A stretch of DNA of 63,571 nt, the filler included, from Octopus bimaculoides (Eukaryota): assembly GCF_001194135.2 (NCBI RefSeq). It is 5 parts of 4 records of this genome, joined end to end, with 100 filler letters (N's around TTAATTAATTAA, not from the genome) between each part and the next. Parts side by side here need not be neighbours in the genome. Positions count along the whole stretch, not along the records: positions 23,150 to 33,124 come from NC_068999.1; positions 33,225 to 42,162 come from NC_068983.1; 3 more parts are not named here. One strand, given 5' to 3'. Numbering within the stretch: position 1 is the stretch's first letter; every line of letters starts with the position of its first letter. The translations under genes were made by a program, and so were the position numbers. Below the pieces are notes generated by a model, which searched no databases, was not told the DNA's origin, and saw only the letters and a list, made by a program, of their open reading frames with translations. This document shows, one piece after another, positions 26,013-39,352 of the stretch.

Positions 26013-27139
26013 CGATATGCATATACATACATATGTATATGTAAGTATATACATAAATNNNNNNNNNNNNNNNNNNNNNNNNNNNNNNNNNNNNNNNNNN
26101 NNNNNNNNNNNNNNNNNNNNNNNNNNNNNNNNNNNNNNNNNNNNNNNNNNNNNNNNNNNNNNNNNNNNNNNNNNNNNNNNNNNNNNNNNNNNNNNNNNNN
26201 NNNNNNNNNNNNNNNNNNNNNNNNNNNNNNNNNNNNNNNNNNNNNNNNNNNNNNNNNNNNNNNNNNNNNNNNNNNNNNNNNNNNNNNNNNNNNNNNNNNN
26301 NNNNNNNNNNNNNNNNNNNNNNNNNNNNNNNNNNNNNNNNNNNNNNNNNNNNNNNNNNNNNNNNNNNNNNNNNNNNNNNNNNNNNNNNNNNNNNNNNNNN
26401 NNNNNNNNNNNNNNNNNNNNNNNNNNNNNNNNNNNNNNNNNNNNNNNNNNNNNNNNNNNNNNNNNNNNNNNNNNNNNNNNNNNNNNNNNNNNNNNNNNNN
26501 NNNNNNNNNNNNNNNNNACCGCCATCGTTCCTTTTCTTTCTTTTGTTGCTCCGAATCTATACTTAATTCGTATTGCCAATTGTAGTAAGTGATATTTGAT
26601 TTGAGTTGCCAATAACAGAATTTGTGGGTACCTGTTGGTTACGGATCAGAACAGACAGACAGCAGTGCCTACACACACACACATATATATATGTATATAC
26701 ATACATATAGATAAATATATATATATTATGTGTGTATGTGTATTTATGTTCCATTTCGTGGAAGCTATAGAAAGTTCGGTTTCTTGAATTCAGTTCTAAC
26801 AATATGAAGAATTCTGTTGATGCAAATGGATCTGAAATGTGTGTTCAATTAGTGATTGTTCAGCTCAGTGATTCCATTCTACCGTATTCCAGCCAAATTA
26901 ATTATTCCAATAAAACATCTTTGATGAGAGAAATTAACCAGCGGTTTTATTTTTATCATTTAAACTGAGATCAATAATGAAAAATCTAGGGAATCGATAG
27001 GTATTTCTACATGTGAATGTGTGAATGTGTGGGGGGGTGCGTGTGGGGGTATATATGAGCGGTTCCTGTGCGTGTGTCTGTACAGGAACCACTCATATAT
27101 ACTCATATATATGTGTAGACACACACATATGCACACGCA

Positions 27140-27193
<54 letters not shown>

Positions 27194-27379
27194 TATGTGT
27201 GTGTATATATGTGTGTATATGTATATATTTGTATATAGTGTACATATCTATATACTATATAATAATATATATGTCTATGTATGTATATATATTATATATA
27301 TATATTCGTATATATACATATGTGTATGTATATGTGTGTGTATGTATATATATATATGTGTGTGTGTGTGTGTATAGAC

Positions 27380-27546
27380 AGGCGCAGGAGTGGCTGAGTG
27401 GTAAGAAGCTTCTTTCCCAACCACATGGTTCCGGGCTGAGTCCCACTGCGTGGCACCTTGGCCAAGTGTTTTCTGCTATAGCCTCGGACCGACCAAAGTC
27501 TTCTGAGTAGATTTGCTAGGCGGAAGCTGAAAAGAAGCCCGTCGTA
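27380..27546 (+). mobile_element. Well-preserved tRNA/CORE SINE head
   Basis: ggcgcaggagtggctgagtggtaag (A box), ccgggctgagtccc (B-box-like), ggcaccttggccaagtg (CORE-like); runs into (TA)n and a gap. Confidence 0.8.
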
Positions 27547-29520
27547 TATATATGTATATATATATATATATATATNNNNNNNNNNNNNNNNNNNNNNNNN
27601 NNNNNNNNNNNNNNNNNNNNNNNNNNNNNNNNNNNNNNNNNNNNNNNNNNNNNNNNNNNNNNNNNNNNNNNNNNNNNNNNNNNNNNNNNNNNNNNNNNNN
27701 NNNNNNNNNNNNNNNNNNNNNNNNNNNNNNNNNNNNNNNNNNNNNNNNNNNNNNNNNNNNNNNNNNNNNNNNNNNNNNNNNNNNNNNNNNNNNNNNNNNN
27801 NNNNNNNNNNNNNNNNNNNNNNNNNNNNNNNNNNNNNNNNNNNNNNNNNNNNNNNNNNNNNNNNNNNNNNNNNNNNNNNNNNNNNNNNNNNNNNNNNNNN
27901 NNNNNNNNNNNNNNNNNNNNNNNNNNNNNNNNNNNNNNNNNNNNNNNNNNNNNNNNNNNNNNNNNNNNNNNNNNNNNNNNNNNNNNNNNNNNNNNNNNNN
28001 NNNNNNNNNNNNNNNNNNNNNNNNNNNNNNNNNNNNNNNNNNNNNNNNNNNNNNNNNNNNNNNNNNNNNNNNNNNNNNNNNNNNNNNNNNNNNNNNNNNN
28101 NNNNNNNNNNNNNNNNNNNNNNNNNNNNNNNNNNNNNNNNNNNNNNNNNNNNNNNNNNNNNNNNNNNNNNNNNNNNNNNNNNNNNNNNNNNNNNNNNNNN
28201 NNNNNNNNNNNNNNNNNNNNNNNNNNNNNNNNNNNNNNNATATATATATATATATATATATATACTCAATTTTCGAATTGAAGCAGAACGTACTCATCAT
28301 TGCAATGCATGCCGGCGTTGCCCGGGTCGTTGATCACTATCACACCACAATCAACTGGTATTGCGCTACATTTCTCTGATGAGGAATAATTCATTTGAAA
28401 TTGTATCAGTCAGTGAACTCGGTGTGCATCCCGACCAATGAAGGGACACGCACTATGAGCAGTGATGTGTGTATGTGACCTTAATTTTCCCTCGCATATA
28501 TGTTGTTGTCTTCACTAAGGTTATCAGGTCAGACATTTGTTTTCCATCGCACTACCCGCGTAATAGTACACGCTCAAGAGCGAGATCTGTGTAGGTATCT
28601 ATCATGTCACAACACACACACACGCGCTCGCGCGCGCGCACACAGTTGTTTATATCAACCTAAATGTAAATGATATTTTTATGTTCTAGTTTTTTTTTGT
28701 TTTAGCTATTGTTGTATTTCAGCGTAATTAAACTTTGTACACAAATATTAATCTATTTATATACAAACATAATTTTATGCACTAAATATAAGTTATGTTG
28801 TTTATCGAGCTTTTTGTTAAAATGCTTTGCACGAGATTAACATTTTCGTTATATCTGGGAGTTATTCATAAAGACACACACACACTCACAAACACGTATG
28901 TATGCATGCATGTATGTATGTATGTATGTATGTACATGCACGCACAGCGTACATAACTTATATATACATATTTGATGTAATGTTCTCTGTTATATGGTTG
29001 CTGTAAAAGAAAGATAAATTTGCGTGTGTGTGTGTGTGTGTGTGTGAGAGTATCTTTTCCCTTTGGTACTCAGTGAGATCAATAATCAATATATCGATTG
29101 ATTGCTATCGACCATATTTATAAAGATAAGAGTTAAGTTGTGGGAATCATGTTTGGCTAAATGATCGACTATATTAAATATTGATAAATGATCGAATGTA
29201 ACATATATTGATTAATCAGATATGCATATATTTTATTCAATTATAATGTCCCTAATTATAACTAATTATAATTATAGTGTGTTATAATTAGCTGTCTGTT
29301 TACTTTAGTAATAAATGGATTTGGTATTAAGAAGCAGCCAAGTGTAAATATGGATATATTAATGGTTAATAATGGAAATTAGCAATAATTAACATGTACA
29401 AATACATAAGTAGACCAAATGTATATAGTCCCTAGGGTATACACACACACACATACATAAATGTAGATATACCTTTGTACATTTATCTATCAACCTTTAC
29501 ACATACACATATAGACACAC

Positions 29521-29552
<32 letters not shown>

Positions 29553-30469
29553 NNNNNNNNNNNNNNNNNNNNNNNNNNNNNNNNNNNNNNNNNNNNNNNN
29601 NNNNNNNNNNNNNNNNNNNNNNNNNNNNNNNNNNNNNNNNNNNNNNNNNNNNATGTATATTTATTTATTTATTTATACATATCCACATATGTGTATGTAT
29701 GCTTATACACACACACACATATACATATACACCTCATATACAGGATTTAGATAATAAAAATATAGACAGCATGACATATCTTGATTGTTGGTATTGGTTC
29801 AAGAAGCTGAAACTATATCCCGACCAATGATTTAGCCCTGAATGCCAAATCATTTATATAATAGGAAAAATCTACCATCAACGTTGCTCAAATGAAGCTG
29901 GTATCAGCCTTAAGATTCACCCAACGCTTGATTTCCGTACAGTACCGCGGATGACGATTTGGTAGCCGTATGTAGTGAACGTGCTCTCAAGGCACACTAC
30001 TAGGAACATACCCAAAACAAGGCTTGGATGCTACATTTTAAAGTTTCCTATCTAAAGTTTAATTTTAAATATAACCTATATATATATATATATTAAACAT
30101 AACCTACTGCAACCACACCACAACACCACACCACACACCTCCACACCACACATCACACCACCCTACATCACATCACACCACCCGTACACACTAGCACTGA
30201 CCACTTCCCAGCACCCACTTCTTAGTAAATTCCAACTATATATATATATATATATATATNNNNNNNNNNNNNNNNNNNNNNNNNNNNNNNNNNNNNNNNN
30301 NNNNNNNNNNNNNNNNNNNNNNNNNNNNNNNNNNNNNNNNNNNNNNNNNNNNNNNNNNNNNNNNNNNNNNNNNNNNNNNNNNNNNNNNNNNNNNNNNNNN
30401 NNNNNNNNNNNNNNNNNNNNNNNNNNNNNNNNNNNNNNNNNGAGAGACAAGTAAGGGACAAAACACTAC

Positions 30470-30908
30470 AAGAAGTCTAATCCCTCCTCAGTTGTCGTCT
30501 GTTACAAACTCCCTATCGAGCTTTCAACGACAATGTAGGAAACCTTCGTTTAACAACTGCATCCAGAAATTTTAAAAATGTAAAATTTCTGGAGAGCTGG
30601 AGCTTCGAACAAACAAACAACGACAGGGTGGACGTACAGAGTAAGCAATCGACGAAGACAAACATTAAGGGCCGTTGGGCCAAGACGCATTGTAATAGGT
30701 AACGCATGGAAGAAATTTTGAAAGGATATAGAATAAATAGAAGGGAAGAAAATGGTAGAAGAGAAAAGAAAGAGAGAAAAAAAGGACAGGAGGCGAGAAG
30801 AAATGACGTCTGGTTAAGTACGCGTCGCGTCCAGAAAAGACAGAGGTGAGAAAAAGATGGCCTGTATTCACGTGGGAACGAACAGGCAGAGGAAAAGGGA
30901 GACAAGAG
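30470..30908 (+). repeat. Interspersed repeat, inverted partner of 33580-34015
   Basis: Its reverse complement aligns to 33580-34015, e.g. tgtcttcgtcgattgcttac, gtcgttgaaagctcga and attagacttct. Roughly 75-80% identity by eye. Confidence 0.85.
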
Positions 30909-31028
30909 ACACACACACATAGACCAAATGTATGTCATATAAAACTATTCCGCACATACAATAATAGCCATACCAACAATCCAACACACTTCCATCATCA
31001 GCAGCCCCACGGATATCACTATCGTTTC

Positions 31029-31068
<40 letters not shown>

Positions 31069-31120
31069 TACACACACACACACACACGCACGCACACACA
31101 CACACACACATGCACGCACG

Positions 31121-31157
<37 letters not shown>

Positions 31158-31206
31158 GGACGTGTGAATGTGTTTTATTGAAAGGACTCAATATAGGGTA
31201 TCCTAC

Positions 31207-31400
31207 CTGAACTCTGGCTTCCGACAGTCCTAGTCTCTGGCTGAGTTCTTCTCTCATAAAGGCATCTGGGTAATGTGTCTCGTCGAACAACCGTTCCAAC
31301 TCATTCAACTGTTCCAGTGTGAAATTGGTACGGCTTCTTCTTTGTTTTAATTTCGGTTGGTCGTCATCTTCGACGTCTGATCTGTTGTCTTTTGTACAGT
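31207..31400 (-). CDS. Shox: Internal coding exon of short-stature homeobox (Shox/Shox2 family): homeodomain helices 1-2 and start of helix 3
   Basis: Acceptor gtgatttcAG|ACTGT and donor GTTCAG|GTAGGA. 194 nt, phase 1 in and phase 0 out. Encodes (D)[64 protein letters not shown]. As I recall it, the homeodomain part matches vertebrate SHOX/SHOX2, including the VQ|VWFQN intron. Confidence 0.95.
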
Positions 31401-31480
31401 CTGAAATCACAACAACAACCCAATATATGGACGTATAGGACACTCTGCTGGTCTAGATCTGTACGTTGATATATACACGT

Positions 31481-31519
<39 letters not shown>

Positions 31520-31622
31520 AACATACGTACATTCACACACACATACACGTACATATGTACATACGTACATACATACAAACATATTTAAATATATATAAGC
31601 ATATAACTGTAATATAATCACC

Positions 31623-31656
<34 letters not shown>

Positions 31657-32271
31657 NNNNNNNNNNNNNNNNNNNNNNNNNNNNNNNNNNNNNNNNNNNN
31701 NNNNNNNNNNNNNNNNNNNNNNNNNNNNNNNNNNNNNNNNNNNNNNNNNNNNNNNNNNNNNNNNNNNNNNNNNNNNNNNNNNNNNNNNNNNNNNNNNNNN
31801 NNNNNNNNNNNNNNNNNNNNNNNNNNNNNNNNNNNNNNNNNNNNNNNNNNNNNNNNNNNNNNNNNNNNNNNNNNNNNNNNNNNNNNNNNNNNNNNNNNNN
31901 NNNNNNNNNNNNNNNNNNNNNNNNNNNNNNNNNNNNNNNNNNNNNNNNNNNNNNNNNNNNNNNNNNNNNNNNNNNNNNNNNNNNNNNNNNNNNNNNNNNN
32001 NNNNNNNNNNNNNNNNNNNNNNNNNNNNNNNNNNNNNNNNNNNNNNNNNNNNNNNNNNNNNNNNNNNNNNNNNNNNNNNNNNNNNNNNNNNNNNNNNNNN
32101 NNNNNNNNNNNNNNNNNNNNNNNNNNNNNNNNNNNNNNNNNNNNNNNNNNNNNNNNNNNNNNNNNNNNNNNNNNNNNNNNNNNNNNNNNNNNNNNNNNNN
32201 NNNNNNNNNNNNNNNNNNNNNNNNNNNNNNNNNNNNNNNNNNNNNNNNNNNNNNNNNNNNNNNNNNNNNNN

Positions 32272-32310
<39 letters not shown>

Positions 32311-32610
32311 ATATATGTACACACGTTGTACAGGTCATAGATATGTCTTTGCATGTTTGGATCTATGTTTTAACTTCTATATACAGAAACATAGATATGT
32401 TTGTACGCCTATAAGTGTGCGTATACATGTTCCTAAACTTGTGTAATGTTTTACATATTTCCATTATACCTTTAATGGCTTCGTTTATAGCTTTAATAGC
32501 TGATTTTCTGAAGCCCAGATAAGCAACAATGATAATGAAGCCTTTAGTTGTATACCTGTGTCTGATTTTGATGTTGGGATTAAAAATGATTGATTATGAT
32601 GATGATGATA

Positions 32611-32673
<63 letters not shown>

Positions 32674-33124
32674 GAGTGAGAGAGCAGTTCATACCATCAT
32701 AGTGACACTAGGGTAAAATATACGAAGCCCATTATACCCATCACGACTACCCGTCTGATAAGGGTACACCAGGTACATGCATCACAACTATATGTGCGCG
32801 ACATGGTGATCTTATATCAAGATAAACAGTGCATGACCTCGCAGGTGGGGCCCAGTTAGAATTGTCTTCAGGTCGAGTAGCCCATCCCGCTCAAAAGGTC
32901 CCTGAATAAGGTTTGTTTAAGGATGTTGAGCAAAACACCCATGTTTCCAAAGGTGAATTATTCAAATTCCAAAGACTTCCTCTCAACACTTGGCTATGAT
33001 GCTCCCCCACTACTTCTGCTCATGATCAGAGATGCACATATCATCAGCCACCAAGGGACATGCTCAACTGGTTAAAGTCAAACAACTGAGAAGCAAATCT
33101 GTGGTATTGAGCAGAATATTTGCT
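32674..33124. mobile_element. Second copy of the (TAA)n-flanked element, opposite orientation, cut by gap
   Basis: Follows (ATT)n 32611-32673 and is the reverse complement of about 15440-15891. Confidence 0.8.
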
Positions 33125-33320
33125 NNNNNNNNNNNNNNNNNNNNNNNNNNNNNNNNNNNNNNNNNNNNTTAATTAATTAANNNNNNNNNNNNNNNNNNNN
33201 NNNNNNNNNNNNNNNNNNNNNNNNGTCAAAGACTTTCCGTATTCCCGAGCGTCATACTAATATATACTTTTGTTATTTACAGCACCTGTCCTCGTCTGTT
33301 GTTATTTTTTGTATATTCTC

Positions 33321-33365
<45 letters not shown>

Positions 33366-33579
33366 CGAACGCCACGCAGCCTTGTCTACAGTAAGTTCTT
33401 TTATATATAATTTCTACGACTCCACACTCCGTTTTCTTTCCTTCTCTCTATCCCTGTTTAATCATCTTTATTTTCCGTTTCTCCCTCTCCTTCTTCGTTG
33501 TTCCCTGTCTTTTTTCCGCACCCTACTATCTTTCGTTCCTTCTCCCTTCTCCTCACTCCTTGTTTCTTTCCTCATCCTC

Positions 33580-34015
33580 TCTCTTGTCCCCCTTCCTCTC
33601 TGCCTTTTGGTCACACGTGACGCAAGGCCATTTTTCTCTCGCCTCTGTCCTTTCTGGACCTAGCTGGACGTCATTTCTCTTGCGTCCTGACATCTTTTCT
33701 CTTTCCTGACATCCTTTCTCTTCTACTATTTTCTTCTCTTTTATTTATTCTATATCCTTTTAAAATTACTCCCAGGCGTTACTCATTACAATTCGTCTTG
33801 GCCTATCGGCCCTCAACATTTGTCTTCGTCGATTGCTTACAGTGTACGTCCACTCTGTTGGTGTTTGTTCGTTCGAAGCTCTAACCCTTAATAAGTTTCA
33901 TATTTTTAAAAATTTCTAGATTCTGCTGTCTTATAAAGTTTTCCTATCGTGTCGTTGAAAGCTCGAAACAGGGAGTAATAAACAGTCGACAAGTGAGGAA
34001 GAATTAGACTTCTTT
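33580..34015 (+). repeat. Pyrimidine-rich interspersed repeat, inverted partner of 30470-30908
   Basis: See 30470. The element may extend further in both directions. Confidence 0.85.
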
Positions 34016-35189
34016 TGGTATTTTTCCCCCTCGTTTATCTCCCTTGTACCTTTCCCTTTGATTTTTTTTTCTAATCCTGCAATCCCGCTGCCCCCTGCCC
34101 CTCTCTCCTCTTTCCACGTGATCGGTGTCCGACCAGCCATGCTCTTTCTTTCTTGGTCTGACTGCTAACCGCCAACACCTCTTATGTCTGTCTCCTGTGT
34201 TCCTGCCTTTAGGCTTTCATTTCATACACGCCAGCTCAACTTGATTCGTCTTTATTAGTCGAAAGACGCCTGTTGTTATTTTCTTGTTGTTTGTAATTGT
34301 AATTGCGTACCTTGTCCTCCGTTTTTTTTTTGTCNNNNNNNNNNNNNNNNNNNNNNNNNNNNNNNNNNNNNNNNNNNNNNNNNNNNNNNNNNNNNNNNNN
34401 NNNNNNNNNNNNNNNNNNNNNNNNNNNNNNNNNNNNNNNNNNNNNNNNNNNNNNNNNNNNNNNNNNNNNNNNNNNNNNNNNNNNNNNNNNNNNNNNNNNN
34501 NNNNNNNNNNNNNNNNNNNNNNNNNNNNNNNNNNNNNNNNNNNNNNNNNNNNNNNNNNNNNNNNNNNNNNNNNNNNNNNNNNNNNNNNNNNNNNNNNNNN
34601 NNNNNNNNNNNNNNNNNNNNNNNNNNNNNNNNNNNNNNNNNNNNNNNNNNNNNNNNNNNNNNNNNNNNNNNNNNNNNNNNNNNNNNNNNNNNNNNNNNNN
34701 NNNNNNNNNNNNNNNNNNNNNNNNNNNNNNNNNNNNNNNNNNNNNNNNNNNNNNNNNNNNNNNNNNNNNNNNNNNNNNNNNNNNNNNNNNNNNNNNNNNN
34801 NNNNNNNNNNNNNNNNNNNNNNNNNNNNNNNNNNNNNNNNNNNNNNNNNNNNNNNNNNNNNNNNNNNNNNNNNNNNNNNNNNNNNNNNNNNNNNNNNNNN
34901 NNNNNNNNNNNNNNNNNNNNNNNNNNNNNNNNNNNNNNNNNNNNNNNNNNNNNNNNNNNNNNNNNNNNNNNNNNNNNNNNNNNNNNNNNNNNNNNNNNNN
35001 NNNNNNNNNNNNNNNNNATATATATATATATATATAAGTGTGGGTTCATGTGTATGTGTGTGTGTGTACTTGCATACAATCACGCACGCATAAATACAAA
35101 CATCTATGTGTATGTCGGTGTTTCGTAAATGTAATCTAGTGCCTCGACGACCCACCATCTTCATCTTGATACATAAACCATACGGTACT

Positions 35190-35400
35190 TTTTGATATTT
35201 CAGTCATTGGACTCCGGCCATGCCAAGACACCGGCTTCAAGGTTTCTGACGAACGAATCGATCTCTGAGCTTACATTTCCTCTTAAAATCTGATACTTAT
35301 TCTATCGATCTTTTGTTGCTTTATTTCATATTTCTACAAACTTCTCATTTACAGACACGTAAATAAACCACTACCGGCTGTCAAACGGTGTGAGGACGAA
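35190..35400 (-). mobile_element. SINE tail type 1
   Basis: ttcagtcattggactccggccatgcc...cttattctatcgatc...cggctgtcaa. Confidence 0.55.
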
Positions 35401-35515
35401 TACTAATACACAAATCACGCGTTCACACGCACTTCCATACTCACATACATACATACATACATACATACATACATGCATGCATATATACATACATGAAAGC
35501 ATGTATATTTGTTCA

Positions 35516-35781
35516 AACACAAGCACATACGTACATACATACATACACACACATACACATACATACACACACGTTTACATACATATATGTAAATATAAAT
35601 TTATATATACGTGTGTGTGTTCATGTGTGTATATACATATATGTATATATGTATTGTAATGTTTGAGGATGGTCATATTTTTTGCCAATTAACTACAAGC
35701 TTTATATACTTGGTCTTCACTTCAGCTTTATTATTCTTAGTTTAGTGTCCTTTGCCTTAAATCTTTCGTCACACACACACA

Positions 35782-35858
<77 letters not shown>

Positions 35859-36407
35859 CCCCCACACAAAAACACACACATGTATGTATTATTTTTTTCG
35901 TGTGTGTGCGTGTGTGTAAATATATCGCAGCCTTCCAAAAGCACTTGTCCTCAACCAACAAAATTCACCCGCAAGCTATTTGTCGGGTGGCGGTTAGATT
36001 CAAAGGCGCTTTACCGGAGGTGCCAAGATACAAAGGACTGAAACAAAACCAAATGGTAGCAAAGTGAACCTCTTCAGCACATAGTTGTGCCTATGCTCTA
36101 GTTTGTGTATAACAGTAAACGGCTTTTATTTTATAATATTGGGTTGTTCGGAAATTTCGTGCCGATTTATAGTAGCTTACTTTTCAACACAAGCACATAC
36201 GTACATACATACATACACACACATACACATACATACACACACGTTTACATACATATATGTAAATATAAATTTATATATACGTGTGTGTGTTCATGTGTGT
36301 ATATACATATATGTATATATGTATTGTAATGTTTGAGGATGGTCATATTTTTTGCCAATTAACTACAAGCTTTATATACTTGGTCTTCACTTCAGCTTTA
36401 TTATTCT
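35516..36407 (+). repeat. Apparently identical 222-bp direct duplication (35516-35737 and 36186-36407)
   Basis: Read base by base; the second copy ends at an N gap. Confidence 0.85.
36135..36187. mobile_element. Mariner TIR plus subterminal sequence
   Basis: tattgggttgttcggaaatttcgtgccgatttatagtagcttac is the reverse complement of about 55092-55143. Confidence 0.7.
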
Positions 36408-36629
36408 NNNNNNNNNNNNNNNNNNNNNNNNNNNNNNNNNNNNNNNNNNNNNNNNNNNNNNNNNNNNNNNNNNNNNNNNNNNNNNNNNNNNNNNNNNNNN
36501 NNNNNNNNNNNNNNNNNNNNNNNNNNNNNNNNNNNNNNNNNNNNNNNNNNNNNNNNNNNNNNNNNNNNNNNNNNNNNNNNNNNNNNNNNNNNNTCAAGTA
36601 TAACGAAAAAAGTATCAATAATATAATGG

Positions 36630-36830
36630 CGTATGGCATCGAGCTGGCAGAATCGTTAGGACGCAGGGCCAAATGTTTAGCGGCATTGCGTCTGTCTTTA
36701 CCTTCTGACTTTGCTTTTCATCGATTCGGAATCGATAAAATAAGTACCAGTTAATCACTGGAGTTCAATGTAATCTACTTAAAACCTCACACAAACTTGC
36801 TGGTCTTGTGGTAAAATTTGAAACCACTAA
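36630..36830 (+). mobile_element. tRNA-derived SINE, second family
   Basis: cgagctggcagaatcgttagg...gataaaataagtaccag. Confidence 0.6.
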
Positions 36831-36994
36831 TATATTGGCATTCATTTAATTGACTATGCCTACGTTTTTGTGTGTATATAATGTGGGGAACAATAAAAGA
36901 TTGGTACTTGAACGAACAAGTTCACGACCGAGGTATTATTTCCAACTCAAATTCATTATCCGTCACCTCACATTTTAGCAAAGCGTATCCAGAA

Positions 36995-37171
36995 CAGTGC
37001 TCCGCAACCGGTATGCTGCTGCACTCTGGTGTGCCACGAGACGATGCTAAGTGTTCCGCAGTGTAATTTGAATATATTTTTTCCCTATACTTTTATTTAT
37101 ATTTGTAGTTCAGGTGTGCCGCCGAATTTTGAAACGAATGTAAGTGTACCGAAAGTGAAAGGGGGTTGCAG
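36995..37171. mobile_element. hAT/Charlie-like MITE (~177 bp)
   Basis: Left end CAGTGCTCCGCAACC and clipped right end GGTTGCAG. The 8-bp flanks ATCCAGAA / ATCTAGAA fit the Charlie NTCTAGAN target. Confidence 0.55.
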
Positions 37172-37829
37172 ATCTAGAACATTTCGATGCCCTACACTGT
37201 AAATATATGCCTGTGCATACATATTATTGAAAGTGAAACCTTGAGTTAATCTCCACACACGAATTTTCACTTTCTACAAAACCATTTGCGTATGCAGTGC
37301 TTTAAAAATTATTTGACTTAAATTCAAATTAAATATGCATTACAATTATGTAATTATATATTATACATTTAAAGGTGTTTATCATAATGAAACATACGTT
37401 GACCACAATTTCAGTGTGAACAACATGAGAAATTTATGGTTGTTTGCTTTTATTTTATTTTCGCATGTTGCACTTAAGGATCGCTTTGGCCCATTATGCA
37501 TATGCACGTCGGTTCCACTTGGATTCACTGCTCTGTAATAAGCTATCGTTGTTTGACGACCTGTTAGTAATTGAGCTCTTTATTACTGTGGATATATTCT
37601 TTGATGTTTTGGTGTTCATGCACCAATTCTCTGTGTTCACAAACTCTCACACGTATATGTATGTATCTATGTATGTATGTACGTATGTACGTACGTACGT
37701 ACGTATGTATGTATGTATGTATGTACGTACGTACACACACACACACGCACACACGCACACNNNNNNNNNNTGTATGTATGTACGTACGTACACACACACA
37801 CACGCACACACGCACACACACACACACAA

Positions 37830-39106
37830 CGTGCGATGGGTAAATTGTCATCATTTTGTATTCTTAATTTTGCCCATGTGCATTGTTTGTTTTTGATTGT
37901 CGACTACACAGTATGGTAGGGTCAGTTGGGCAACGTCTCTGAGAAAAACAGCACCATGACGCAACTCACTCTGCCAGAAATTTGGAAACGACATGCTATT
38001 CTGCTTGGTATTCGCGCCGGAAGCTCCAATACGATCATTTCAGAGTATTTGAGTGTCAAGCTGTGGACAGTGCAGAGGATTCAGAAAGAGTTGGATGAGT
38101 CTAATGGTGATTACGAAGGTCAGCAAGTCGGAAAACTCACTGTGCTCGTTCTGATAAAAAAAGAATTCCTGAATTTGTTTGTGAGATCCAGGCAACGATT
38201 GACAACGATTCTTCCAAATCAATTAGATCCATCACCAAGGACATGGGAGTGTCTGAGTTTTTTACCAGGCAGGCAGTGCATGAAGATATTCGGTATTCTT
38301 ATACAAGATGAGAAAGGGCCAGTTTTTATTCCAAACAAAACATCAAGGACAAGAGGAAAGACCGTGCTACGAAGCTTTTCAACAAACTCAAGCATCCCCT
38401 CTGACCGAACATGCATTGGTTTTTCTTAGAAGAGAAAAATTTCTGCCAGGATCAGATGGTGAACACACAAAACAAACATTAGCTTGCCGTGTCCCCAAAA
38501 CATGTACCGAGAGTCATAAAAACAAACATCCAGTCAACATCTTGGTGTTTGGAGTAATCACTCGTGATGGCGACGTTATGCTTCCATTCATCTTTCCACA
38601 TGGCCTCAGACTCAACACGGAGGCCTACATCAAATGCCTGGAGGAGGTAATGCTGCCCTGGATCAAGAGTGGCTGCTGGAAGACCCTATGTCTAGCAACA
38701 GAACTCTGCACCATTCCACACAAGCAGGAGAACCGAATCATGGCTGCCAGACAATTTCTGCGACCACATCACCCCTAACATCATGGTACCTAACTCACCT
38801 GATTGCAATTCCCTTGATTATTATGTTGGTCGAGAGACCAAAAAAAAAACTCCTTGTAACACCAAAGATGAACTGAAGGCAAGAATTATAGCAGCATTCA
38901 CCAACAAGGTAACCGTTCAGAAGAGTTGCAGGAGATTCGGAAGTTGTCTGGAGGGCGCGGGTGATGCCAATGGCGATTTTATTAAATATATTTACTCTTT
39001 AGGATTTCAAGATATTTTTATGTAATTTTGGTAAGTATATTTGTTAAAATGAGATATCAGGGTTATTTTAAATTTTGCATAATTTAGACGACAATTTACT
39101 CACCTG
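37830..39106 (+). mobile_element. maT-type (DD37D) Tc1/mariner transposon, degenerate
   Basis: HPVNILVFGVITRDG, LNTEAYIKCLEEV, QQ(N)SAPFHTS...PNSPDCNSLDYYV with 37-residue spacing. Right TIR acaatttactcacctg-TA; degenerate left TIR gggtaaattgtc near 37838. Confidence 0.8.
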
Positions 39107-39317
39107 TATTTGTATGCATAAACAAATAATGACACCTAATCTACAGTATATTTATATTTCGAAGCTAAACTTAAGAAAACTGTAACACCCTCTCCGACAG
39201 AGAACTAAAATATAGTACTGTATTCCACGTCTCCTATTTGTCATAATGATATATTGATCAGCCCGCTACAAATGTGCGTGCGTGCGTGTGTGTGTGTGTG
39301 TGTGTTTGTGTGCGTGC

Positions 39318-39352
<35 letters not shown>

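Noticed and set aside
27380-27460. tRNA-like A/B boxes as tRNA genes
   Set aside because: No cloverleaf, and the sequence continues into CORE and SINE body; many degenerate copies.
28428-29830. Shared 14-mer ATCCCGACCAATGA (CCAAT box) at 28428 and 29817
   Set aside because: A few 14-mer matches are expected by chance in ~60 kb, and there is no wider similarity.
30868-31443. 191-aa ORF as a single-exon homeobox gene
   Set aside because: Only 31207-31400 is bounded by splice sites. The rest is intron read-through into (TG)n and lacks WFQNRR.
33864-33882. tttgttcgttcg resembling the miR-375 5' end
   Set aside because: Only 12 nt match, it lies inside an interspersed repeat, and no precursor hairpin was seen.
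37710-37830. Duplicated (TACG/CA) block either side of a 10-N gap
   Set aside because: Typical contig-overlap artefact in low-complexity sequence.
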